A DNA stretch of 64,000 bases, taken from positions 64,184 through 128,183 of the forward strand of contig JAGWKL010000003.1 in the NCBI GenBank assembly GCA_028865345.1, read 5' to 3'. How positions within the stretch are numbered: the first letter of the stretch is position 1; every line of letters starts with the position of its first letter. Positions 19,456 to 27,652 of the stretch are shown one piece after another. Below the pieces are notes generated by a model. It saw only the letters and a program-made list of their open reading frames with translations. It did not search any database and was not told the origin of the DNA. Source of the stretch: Candidatus Omnitrophota bacterium (lineage in GTDB: Bacteria > Omnitrophota > Gorgyraeia > Zapsychrales > Fredricksoniimonadaceae). The translations under genes and the position numbers were made by a program.

Positions 19456-22400
19456 ATGACCTCATACATCCTTAATGTCAATAAGGCCATGGTCCAACAT
19501 ATCCGAAAAGCTGTTTCTATAATTATTCTGGTAGCTTTTATCAGTACCTCTGTACAGTCGTCGGCCTTTGCCCAAATAGACCCCATGCCTTGGATGCCCA
19601 AACCGGGGACAATGGTGCATCTAAGCCCTGTATATACGCCTGCCTATCTGAAAGGCATTGTCATCCATCCCAAAAATCCATTTAAATTCGACTTTATCAT
19701 CTACAGGGGCGATAAGCCTTTGACCTATGCCCAGAAAAGGCAAGTGTACACTAAACTGACCAAGTATTTTCTGGCATCCTTGGCTGTTCCTGACAGCGAC
19801 CAGTGGGTGAACCTGTCCCCTTATGAGAAAGACCGCATTATCAAAAGTGATTTCGGCAAAACAGAGATGGGCCGTGACCTTTTGGCCCAGGATTATCTGT
19901 TAAAGCAAATTACGGCATCCTTGATCTATCCGGAAAGCAAAATAGGCAAGCAGTTCTGGAAGAAGGTCTACGCCCAGGCGCAGAAGCAATACGGGACCAC
20001 CGATATTCCTGTGAATACATTTAACAAGGTATGGATATTGCCGGATGATGCGCTTATCTATGAAAAGGGCAATACGGCTTACGTTATCAAAAACCACTTG
20101 CGGGTGATGCTGGAAGAAGATTATTTGTCTTTACAAAAGCATGCCGGAATAACCGATGTCGTTTCAAGGGGCCCGAAGGGCGATGAAGCCTCCCGTATCA
20201 TCCGTCAAATTGTGCTTCCGCAACTGCAGAAAGAGGTCAATGAAGACAAGAACTTCGCGCCGTTGCGCCAGGTCTACAGCGGGATGCTGCTGGCTGCCTG
20301 GTTTAAACAGACCTTAAAACATTCTCTCCTGGCCGAAATTTACGCCAATAAGGGCAGGGTCAAGGGGATAGATCAGGACCCGAGAAGCAACGAAGCAATC
20401 TACCAGCAGTACCTGAGAGCCTATAAAAAGGGCGTGTTTGATTTCATCAAAGAAGATACGGATCGATTGACCAATGAAACGATCCCCAGAAAGTATTTCT
20501 CGGGCGGAGTGACAGGGGATTATGCACAAGCCGCAAAGGAGCTGGGAGAGGCGACGATCATTCACGAGGTGCATTCCATCGATCCTGCCCAGGCCGCTCT
20601 TGTCAGGGAGGTCTTGACATCAAAGGCCGATGATGTGACGGAAGTTTTCCGGGAAGCGGCAGGCCATACGGCCTTGCCCGATGGGGCCATGGCCACTGCG
20701 GGATTGTTTAAAAATGTGCCGGCGGGCACTATCAACCCCTACTTGGAAGTAAACCGTCTTTTTAGCGAGGTCAGCGGTAAGATCAGGCAGGAGAATATAA
20801 AAGACGTAAACGGAAGGACGATACAGGGGGATTTTATAAGGCCGATGTTGGAGACTTTGGACTATTACGCCGGTGAGGCCGGTAAGCAGGTTGAATCCGT
20901 CGAGCTTTTGGTGGCCATGGCCAGGGTGTTCAATGCCATAGGCTCTGACCCCAAAACCATGGTCAGGCACGGGGCGCCGGTCTATGCCGCGTATGATGGC
21001 CAAATTCAAGCGATCGTCAACGCCGGCACCTTGCGGGAGGCGGAAGACATTTTACGGACAATAACCCCGGCCCCCAAGACCGAAGGGCAGCCCACCAGCG
21101 CTGTATTCAAGGCATTTATTGCGGCGCATTTTCAGGACATGCCCAAGATGGAAGCCTATAAGGCCGACGGAGAAAAGGTCGAACTGGTCGATCTGGGCAG
21201 CCCCGAGGTGCAACAGATGCTTAAGGCCCCGGCTGCGGTCCCTATCATCGTCCCCGACAAACGGGTCCTGACTTTATATTCCGATGGAAAATTATTGGAA
21301 ACCGCCGGGGATTGGACCAGCTATGATTTAAACCGCCGTATCGCCGTCTCTCAAAGCGGGGTGATCTATTTTATCAAGCATAAGCCGGGAGACAGGCGAT
21401 TTAAGATCATGTACCCGTTTCGACTGGATTATGAGGATTCAGGCCTGGCCTTGAATAGTAAGGTTTTGGCAAAGGTCCCCGAAACCTACCGTGATGCGTT
21501 GGTCAGTGAAGTCCAAAGGGGTTTCAGGGCCTTGATCCTGGATTCGGGCCATCCCGATCCCAGACCAGCCAATCTTCTGGTGAGGATCGCCGTTGATGAC
21601 AAGGGGAAACCCGGCGTGGAGTATGAGCCGATCGATTTCGATGCGGCCATGACGCACGGAGGAGGTTTTTTAAAAGAGGCGGTCGGCTTTCTCAACAGCC
21701 GCGGCTTAAAGCCGCAATGGGGAAACACCTATGTGTTATACCCGCGCATGCCCTTGTATAATACCTTTCTAGATTTTTTAACGGAAGAATTGGGCCGCCT
21801 GCCTTTTAACAATGAAACCGGCCAAACGGTCCTTATGCGCAAGGATGCCCGGGAGGTCGTTGCCCGCTTAAGGGGCTATCTGCAGCGGAGGCTGGACATG
21901 ATCGAAGCGTCCGGGCCATGGAACGGGCATACCGAAAGCATCGCGGATATATTCCATAAAAACAGCCTGGAAGTGTTCAAGAATGAGATTTATCCCCGGC
22001 ATGGCATCAACGGTACCGGATATAATTTGGACCTCGCTGTCGACGGGAATCATGCTCCGGCATTTTTAAAGCTGGAAAGAAGGCAGGTGGTCCAGGAGAG
22101 CGGGGGCATCAAGGTCTACAATGACGGTGTTTTAACCCTCAGGCTTACCGACGGAGCCTTGATTCTGGACCTGGAAAGGATCCCGACATCCAATGTTCAT
22201 TACGCAGATACGGCCATGGGCTCTCAGCAGGTCCAGGCGTCCCTGCATAGAAAATTCGCGTTAATCGTGTATGCCGATAAATCAACGGATTGGAACGGCG
22301 CTTTAAATAACGTTCTTGGTCTTAGAGAAGAGTTGGAACAAAAAGGGTATGTGGTCAGCAATACGCGGGTCGATTCTGTTGAGAATTTAATCGAAAAGGT

Positions 22401-23031
22401 GGAGAAGTATTCTAAGGACCAGGCCCCGGATCTGTTGATCATTGGGGCCCATGGAACACAAAATTCAATGCATTTAGGCAATGGCCCCGGAGGGTATCTT
22501 ACCTTGCACAATGTCCAACAGCTAAGAATGATAAGCGGTACGCTGGCAAAAGGCGGAACCGTTGTTTTGCAGAGTTGTTCGACGGGTAAAGGGGAAAGTT
22601 TTGAAGGCAATATGGCCAATGTTTTCGCTAAGATATTTCCACAGGCCGCGCATGTTTTCGCCCCAAGAGTGCCGGCGGGCCCAAGGTTTACCTTTGATGC
22701 TAATAATGTGGTTTCCGGGATAAAATATGACAATTTTGAATCAGGGGTCGTTTCCAGTATTAATTTGAGGACCCATGAGACTAATTTGACCGAAAGAGGA
22801 TACGATGCCGCAAAACAAGCGCGCTTGCAGGATAAGGCCATGACGCCCGGCGGTATCGACTTAAACGCCGCCAATTTGGACCTGTTGATCAAGCGGGACG
22901 GCAAGGGCATGCCGCTGCAGTGGCCAATTCAGGACCAGGCCCAGTTTAGCAATATCCAGGGTCTTGACCCTGTCATACTTTCCATAAAGCCCGCAACCCG
23001 GACACCCGTGTTTGCTGAGCTTGTGTCTTGA
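19456..23031 (+). CDS. Large secreted multidomain protein: unknown N-terminal region, atypical kinase-like core, C-terminal CHAT/caspase-like domain
   Basis: Signal peptide (VQHIRKAVSIIILVAFISTSVQSSAFAQ). GHPDPRPANLLV (HxDxxxxN) at aa 698-709 and IDFD at aa 726-729. LLIIGAHG (H999) and VVLQSCSTG (C1041) caspase/CHAT dyad. Confidence 0.85.
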   Translation: MTSYILNVNKAMVQHIRKAVSIIILVAFISTSVQSSAFAQIDPMPWMPKPGTMVHLSPVYTPAYLKGIVIHPKNPFKFDFIIYRGDKPLTYAQKRQVYTKLTKYFLASLAVPDSDQWVNLSPYEKDRIIKSDFGKTEMGRDLLAQDYLLKQITASLIYPESKIGKQFWKKVYAQAQKQYGTTDIPVNTFNKVWILPDDALIYEKGNTAYVIKNHLRVMLEEDYLSLQKHAGITDVVSRGPKGDEASRIIRQIVLPQLQKEVNEDKNFAPLRQVYSGMLLAAWFKQTLKHSLLAEIYANKGRVKGIDQDPRSNEAIYQQYLRAYKKGVFDFIKEDTDRLTNETIPRKYFSGGVTGDYAQAAKELGEATIIHEVHSIDPAQAALVREVLTSKADDVTEVFREAAGHTALPDGAMATAGLFKNVPAGTINPYLEVNRLFSEVSGKIRQENIKDVNGRTIQGDFIRPMLETLDYYAGEAGKQVESVELLVAMARVFNAIGSDPKTMVRHGAPVYAAYDGQIQAIVNAGTLREAEDILRTITPAPKTEGQPTSAVFKAFIAAHFQDMPKMEAYKADGEKVELVDLGSPEVQQMLKAPAAVPIIVPDKRVLTLYSDGKLLETAGDWTSYDLNRRIAVSQSGVIYFIKHKPGDRRFKIMYPFRLDYEDSGLALNSKVLAKVPETYRDALVSEVQRGFRALILDSGHPDPRPANLLVRIAVDDKGKPGVEYEPIDFDAAMTHGGGFLKEAVGFLNSRGLKPQWGNTYVLYPRMPLYNTFLDFLTEELGRLPFNNETGQTVLMRKDAREVVARLRGYLQRRLDMIEASGPWNGHTESIADIFHKNSLEVFKNEIYPRHGINGTGYNLDLAVDGNHAPAFLKLERRQVVQESGGIKVYNDGVLTLRLTDGALILDLERIPTSNVHYADTAMGSQQVQASLHRKFALIVYADKSTDWNGALNNVLGLREELEQKGYVVSNTRVDSVENLIEKVEKYSKDQAPDLLIIGAHGTQNSMHLGNGPGGYLTLHNVQQLRMISGTLAKGGTVVLQSCSTGKGESFEGNMANVFAKIFPQAAHVFAPRVPAGPRFTFDANNVVSGIKYDNFESGVVSSINLRTHETNLTERGYDAAKQARLQDKAMTPGGIDLNAANLDLLIKRDGKGMPLQWPIQDQAQFSNIQGLDPVILSIKPATRTPVFAELVS

Positions 23032-23166
23032 CTTATCAACCCACCCTTCGGGAAATTGTAGAATTTTAGAAATTGGGTCGTGAGAGTTTATAAAGGTTTG
23101 ATCTTGCAACCTCCGGTTAAGAATGGCACAATTATGTTTTGCCAGGGGACTTACCGAATAAAAATT

Positions 23167-24012
23167 ATGAGATCAATTTTCAATTCTAATTGGGCGTATA
23201 TTCCCTATCATATCCATCCGGTGGCTTTCAGCATCGGTCCTGTCCGTGTTCATTGGTACGGGTTGATGTATTTGACCGCCTTTTTCATCGTTTATTTTCT
23301 GGTTCTATACAGGATCAGGACGGAATCCCTCAGTTACAGCAAAGAATCCATACTGGATTTTATGTTTTTGGCCATCGCGTGCCTTTTCGCCGGAGGCAGG
23401 TTGGGCTACGTGCTTTTTTATAATTTGCCTTACTATTTGGCCAATCCGATAAAGATTATTTCCCCGTTTAGTTTTTCCAACGGCATTCATTATACGGGTA
23501 TTTATGGGATGTCGTTTCATGGAGCTTTGATAGGCGTGTTTTTGGCTTTTATGTATTACTGCCGCAAGAATAAAATGAACCCCTGGCGTTTTATAGACCT
23601 TTTTGTCCCGGCCATTCCGTTGGGTTATACCTTCGGCAGAATAGGCAATTTTATTAATGGCGAATTATATGGAAGGGTCACGACTGTACCGTGGGGCATG
23701 TATTTTCCTCTCGATGGCACACATCAACTGCGGCATCCTTCCCAATTGTATGAAGCCTTTTTTGAAGGAATCGTGCTTTTTGTGGTCCTTTGGAATTTGA
23801 GAAAGGTCAGATCTTTTGACGGTTTCCTTTCAGCCGTGTACCTGATCGGTTATGGGACATTCAGATTTTTTATAGAATTTTTCAGACAGCCGGACCCGCA
23901 GTTGGGTTTTGTATTAGGGCCGTTTTCCATGGGGCAGATCCTTTGTTTTATTATGGTTGTCGCCGGGACGGCGATATTGGCAGGGCATAGGAAAGATTTT
24001 TTGCGCCGATAA
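23167..24012 (+). CDS. lgt: Prolipoprotein diacylglyceryl transferase
   Basis: HPVAFSIGPVRVHWYGLMY N-terminus. GRIGNFINGELYGR signature. Start uncertain (23134 or 23167). Confidence 0.85.
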   Translation: MRSIFNSNWAYIPYHIHPVAFSIGPVRVHWYGLMYLTAFFIVYFLVLYRIRTESLSYSKESILDFMFLAIACLFAGGRLGYVLFYNLPYYLANPIKIISPFSFSNGIHYTGIYGMSFHGALIGVFLAFMYYCRKNKMNPWRFIDLFVPAIPLGYTFGRIGNFINGELYGRVTTVPWGMYFPLDGTHQLRHPSQLYEAFFEGIVLFVVLWNLRKVRSFDGFLSAVYLIGYGTFRFFIEFFRQPDPQLGFVLGPFSMGQILCFIMVVAGTAILAGHRKDFLRR

Positions 24013-24270
24013 GACGGTTATTCAGATTTGTCATCAGCCCTGCAGATGAAATTGTTATGGAAAATCAAATGCCCGGCCCAATCAACTCGTCTTATGCGCA
24101 GCGTGTCCTTATAAAGGTCCCGGAGAGGTCTAAGATACTAGGAAAAGCTTCTGGACAGCCTTAAAAAAGTCTGGTATAAAAGACTCTCGCTTTCATGACT
24201 TGAGGCGTTCAGCTGCCGGCCGTCTGGTGATGGCAGGCTTTGATTGAGGCCGCAAGACAATCGAATAATT

Positions 24271-24343
24271 GGGCCATTAGCTCATCCGGTAGAGCATCTG
24301 ACTCTTAATCAGAGGGTGGCAGGTTCGAGTCCTGCATGGCCCA
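24271..24343 (+). tRNA. tRNA-Lys (anticodon CUU)
   Basis: Cloverleaf: acceptor GGGCCAT/ATGGCCC, D stem GCTC/GAGC, anticodon stem TCTGA/TCAGA with loop CTCTTAA, T arm GCAGG-TTCGAGT-CCTGC. 73 nt. CCA not encoded. Confidence 0.9.
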
Positions 24344-24352
24344 TTTTTGTTT

Positions 24353-25168
24353 ATGGATATCAAATCCCTGAAGAAGAAAGCCGTTGATTTCCGTCGACAA
24401 ATCCTGGAGACCCTGGAGGCCGCAGGTTCGGGCCATCCGGGCGGTTCCTTGTCCGCCGTTGAGATTTTTTTGGTCCTTTACGGCTGCCAGCTCAAACACA
24501 GGCCTGCCGATCCCTGTTGGGATGACCGTGACCGCGTGATCGTTTCCAAGGGCCACGTGACTCCGGTCGTGTACGTGACGCTTGCCAACTTCGGATATTT
24601 CTCTAAAGAAGAATTAAAAACATTCAGAAAATTCGGCAGCCGCCTGCAGGGTCATGTGCATACCAAGGTGCCCGGTGTGGAATTTAATACCGGTTCGTTG
24701 GGGCATGGTCTGTCTTTTGCCAACGGGGTGGCCTTGGGCGCTAAAATGCGCGGTAAAAATTTCAAGGTGTATTGCGTGATGGGCGATGGGGAGCTTCAGG
24801 AAGGTTCCGTGTGGGAGGCGGCCATGACCGCCGCCCACCATAAGTTGGACAATGTATGCGCCGTCGTTGATTACAACAAGGTGCAGGAGAACGGGCCGAC
24901 CAATGAGATCAAGAATCTGGAGCCTTTGGCCCAAAAGTGGTCGGCATTCGGCTGGCATGTGCTTGAGGTTGATGGGCACAGCATCGAAGCTTTGAAGGCG
25001 GCCTTTGATGATTTTAATGCCGTCCGAGGCCGTCCGACGGTGATCATTGCTAATACATTTAAAGGCAGGGGTATTTCTTTTATGGAAGGCAAATGCGCCT
25101 GGCACGGCAAAGCTCCCAACAAAGAGCAATTGGCCATGGCTTTGCGGGAGTTGATCGATGGAGATTAA
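24353..25168 (+). CDS. tktA: Transketolase, N-terminal (TPP-binding) subunit
   Basis: GHPGGSLS and GDGE..EG TPP-binding motifs. Split two-subunit transketolase. Confidence 0.9.
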   Translation: MDIKSLKKKAVDFRRQILETLEAAGSGHPGGSLSAVEIFLVLYGCQLKHRPADPCWDDRDRVIVSKGHVTPVVYVTLANFGYFSKEELKTFRKFGSRLQGHVHTKVPGVEFNTGSLGHGLSFANGVALGAKMRGKNFKVYCVMGDGELQEGSVWEAAMTAAHHKLDNVCAVVDYNKVQENGPTNEIKNLEPLAQKWSAFGWHVLEVDGHSIEALKAAFDDFNAVRGRPTVIIANTFKGRGISFMEGKCAWHGKAPNKEQLAMALRELIDGD

Positions 25169-26111
25169 GCCCGTCCCCACCAGAGACGGTTTCGGCGAGG
25201 AGTTGGTTGCCCTTGGCAAATCCAATCCCAATGTCGTGGTGACTTCCGGCGACCTGGAAGATGCCACCCGCGCCGAATATTTCAAGAAAGAGTTTCCGCA
25301 GCGGTTTTTTAATTTAGGCATCACGGAGCAGGACGTGGTGGGCACGGCCGCGGGCTTGAGCACCCAGGGCTATGTGGCCTTTGCCACTTCCTTTGCCGTA
25401 TTTCTGACCAACCGTGCCTATGACATGATCCGCATGGACGTCTGTTACAACAATTTGAATGTGAAGGTGGTCTGTTCGCATGGGGGTATCACCGTCGGTG
25501 AGGATGGCGCCAGCGCCCAGTGCCTGGAAGATTTTGCCATTATGCGGGTGCTTCCTAATATGAGGGTCATTTGTCCTGTGGACCATATCGAGGCCAGGAA
25601 AGCCACGCGTGCCATCGCCAATACGTTCGGCCCGTTTTATATGCGCACCTCCAGAGCGCCGTTCCCTGTCATTACCGCAGAAGGGGACCCTTTTGTGATC
25701 GGCAAGGCCAATGTGTTGCGTTTGGGCCGTGATGCGACGGTCATCGCCTGCGGGGTTATGGTCTCGGAAGCCCTTGCGGCCGCCGAAAAATTAAAATCCG
25801 ACGGCATAGATCTCAGGGTCGTGAACATGCATACCATCAAGCCCGTCGATGTTGAGACGATCGTCGCTGCTGCGAAGGAAACCGGCGCCATTGTGTGTGC
25901 CGAAGAACATCAGATGGCCGGCGGCCTGGGGTCCGCGGTGGCGGAAATTCTGGGGCGGTATTCCCCGTGTCCCTTGGAAATATTGGGGATCAAGGACTCG
26001 TTTGGTGAAAGCGGTACGCCTGCCCAATTAATGGTGCAGTACGGCTTGAAAGATGTTAATATCGTAGCTGCGGTCAAAAATGTGATTAAACGGAAAGTCT
26101 CCTATGCCTGA
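25158..26111 (+). CDS. tktB: Transketolase, C-terminal subunit
   Basis: Pyrimidine-binding and C-terminal domains. Overlaps the N-terminal subunit gene by 11 nt. Confidence 0.9.
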   Translation: MEIKPVPTRDGFGEELVALGKSNPNVVVTSGDLEDATRAEYFKKEFPQRFFNLGITEQDVVGTAAGLSTQGYVAFATSFAVFLTNRAYDMIRMDVCYNNLNVKVVCSHGGITVGEDGASAQCLEDFAIMRVLPNMRVICPVDHIEARKATRAIANTFGPFYMRTSRAPFPVITAEGDPFVIGKANVLRLGRDATVIACGVMVSEALAAAEKLKSDGIDLRVVNMHTIKPVDVETIVAAAKETGAIVCAEEHQMAGGLGSAVAEILGRYSPCPLEILGIKDSFGESGTPAQLMVQYGLKDVNIVAAVKNVIKRKVSYA

Positions 26112-27204
26112 AACAAAACTGCATGAAATAGCCCGGCTCGGCCAAAGCGTATGGATCGATAATATCAGCCGTTCGATGATCGTCGGCGGCCAGTTGAGGG
26201 CGCTCATTGACAAGGGGCTGCGCGGCCAGACATCCAACCCCACCATTTTTAAACAAGCCATCAGCCAGAGCAGCGATTACGACGCCGAAATAGAGCGGTT
26301 GGCCCAGGCAGGCAAGTCCACTTTTGAGATTTACGATGAGTTGACCATTAAGGACGTGCAGGATGCCGCAGACCTTTTCGGCGGCGTTTATGAAGCCACC
26401 CAAGGTCTGGATGGATATGTCAGTTTGGAGATCAATCCCCAATTGGGTAATGAATTTGAGGCCCAGCTTAAGGAAGGCAGGCGCCTGTGGCAGGCGCTCA
26501 ACCGTCCCAACGTGATGATCAAGGTGCCCGCCACAAAGAACGGTCTGCATGTTGTGCAGGGACTGATCGCCCACGGCATTAATGTCAATGTCACCCTGAT
26601 TTTTTCTGCGGAACAATATCAGCAGGTGGTCTGGGCGTATCTCAAAGGGTTGGACCTTCTGGCCAAAAACGGGGGAGAAACGGGCAGGGTGCGCTCCGTG
26701 GCTTCGGTCTTTGTCAGCCGTGTCGATACGAGCGTCGACAAAAAGCTGGATGAAAAGAAAGATGCAGGCTTAAGGGGCCAGGCCGCCCTTGCCAACGCGG
26801 CGATCATTTATCATAAATTCCAAAATAGTTTTAACGGTGACGAATTTAAGGCTTTGAAGCGTCAAGGGGCCCATCTGCAGCGTGTCTTGTGGGCCTCGAC
26901 GGGGACCAAGGACCCGCAATACAGCGATATCAAATATGTTACCGGATTGATGGGTCCCGATACCGTTAATACCATGCCGGACAAAACACTGGAAGCGGTG
27001 TTGGACCATGGGACGGCCTTGGGCTGCTTGCCCGCCTCTGTCGCCGCCGCCCAGCGAACGATCGGGCAGTTACGCATGAAAGGCGTCGATATCGGCATGG
27101 TGTGCAATCAGTTGCTCGACGACGGGCTGGCCGCTTTTGAAAAATCCTTCGAAGAATTGACCGTCTGCCTTGAAGAAAAACAGGCGCGGTTACTTGCCAA
27201 ATAG
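26104..27204 (+). CDS. tal: Transaldolase (long bacterial type)
   Basis: SVWIDNISRSMI..GQTSNPTIF motifs. 366 aa. Confidence 0.9.
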   Translation: MPETKLHEIARLGQSVWIDNISRSMIVGGQLRALIDKGLRGQTSNPTIFKQAISQSSDYDAEIERLAQAGKSTFEIYDELTIKDVQDAADLFGGVYEATQGLDGYVSLEINPQLGNEFEAQLKEGRRLWQALNRPNVMIKVPATKNGLHVVQGLIAHGINVNVTLIFSAEQYQQVVWAYLKGLDLLAKNGGETGRVRSVASVFVSRVDTSVDKKLDEKKDAGLRGQAALANAAIIYHKFQNSFNGDEFKALKRQGAHLQRVLWASTGTKDPQYSDIKYVTGLMGPDTVNTMPDKTLEAVLDHGTALGCLPASVAAAQRTIGQLRMKGVDIGMVCNQLLDDGLAAFEKSFEELTVCLEEKQARLLAK

Positions 27205-27208
27205 AAAA

Positions 27209-27279
27209 ATTAGAAAATTTTAATGGAAAAATTTTAAAATTTTGCTACATTAGTATGTGTAACATTAGAAAATTTTAAT
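27209..27279. repeat. Two copies of ATTAGAAAATTTTAAT (55-bp period) in an AT-rich intergenic region
   Basis: Exact 16-mers at 27209-27224 and 27264-27279. Region is rich in AAAATTTT self-complementary tracts. Confidence 0.4.
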
Positions 27280-27317
27280 AAACAGGCTTCCCGGAAACGG
27301 CAAAAATTTTAAGCGGA

Positions 27318-27340
27318 ATGTGTAAAATATCTTTACACAT
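27318..27340. promoter_or_regulatory. Perfect palindromic operator ATGTGTAAA-atatc-TTTACACAT
   Basis: 9-bp perfect inverted repeat with 5-bp spacer overlapping a TAAAAT -10-like hexamer, 54 nt upstream of the small-peptide ATG. A half-site ATGTGTAA also occurs at 27255. Confidence 0.45.
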
Positions 27341-27393
27341 CATTAACAACAGATAAGAAGTCAAATTCTTATCACAATCAAGGAGGAGAAGTC

Positions 27394-27543
27394 ATGAGTA
27401 AGAAATCCGTAGTTGCATTCGCCCTGCTCTTTGCAGCGGCAGGTTTGATCCTGGCCAATACCGTCAAAGCCCAGGACACAACCGCTGATAATAGCGCCAT
27501 GAACAGCGACAATGGCGGCGCAGCAGCTCCTGCCGATCAATAA
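27394..27543 (+). CDS. Small secreted peptide (49 aa; signal peptide plus about 23-aa acidic Asp/Asn/Ala-rich tail)
   Basis: Not in ORF track (<60 aa). Strong RBS AAGGAGGAG 5 nt upstream. MSKKSVVAFALLFAAAGLILANTVKA signal peptide. Own terminator downstream. Confidence 0.55.
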   Translation: MSKKSVVAFALLFAAAGLILANTVKAQDTTADNSAMNSDNGGAAAPADQ

Positions 27544-27571
27544 TTCTTTTTAAGAGAATCATTGGTCAATA

Positions 27572-27607
27572 AAAAGGGACACTTCATCAAGTGTCCCTTT
27601 TTATTTG
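27572..27607 (+). terminator. Rho-independent terminator
   Basis: AAAAAGGGACAC-ttcatcaa-GTGTCCCTTTTT hairpin plus T-run. Confidence 0.65.
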
Positions 27608-27652
27608 CCTTTTTGCTGGCAGCCTTTTGACGTATATATTAAACTATAACCA

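Noticed and set aside
22224-22910. 228-aa minus-strand ORF
   Set aside because: Lies wholly inside the giant + strand gene, which has a continuous coding signal and domain motifs. No RBS.
24013-24270. Possible small ncRNA in the lgt-tRNA spacer
   Set aside because: Only short hairpins. No recognisable conserved RNA family motifs (SRP, 6S, tmRNA). No terminator-bounded unit.
23032-24343. Mobile element / integrase at the tRNA-Lys locus
   Set aside because: No integrase, transposase or repeat of the tRNA 3' end is present in the window. Only the housekeeping gene lgt lies there.
24614-25363. 249-aa minus-strand ORF
   Set aside because: Antisense to the transketolase subunit genes, which have unmistakable TPP-binding motifs. 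It is a shadow ORF.
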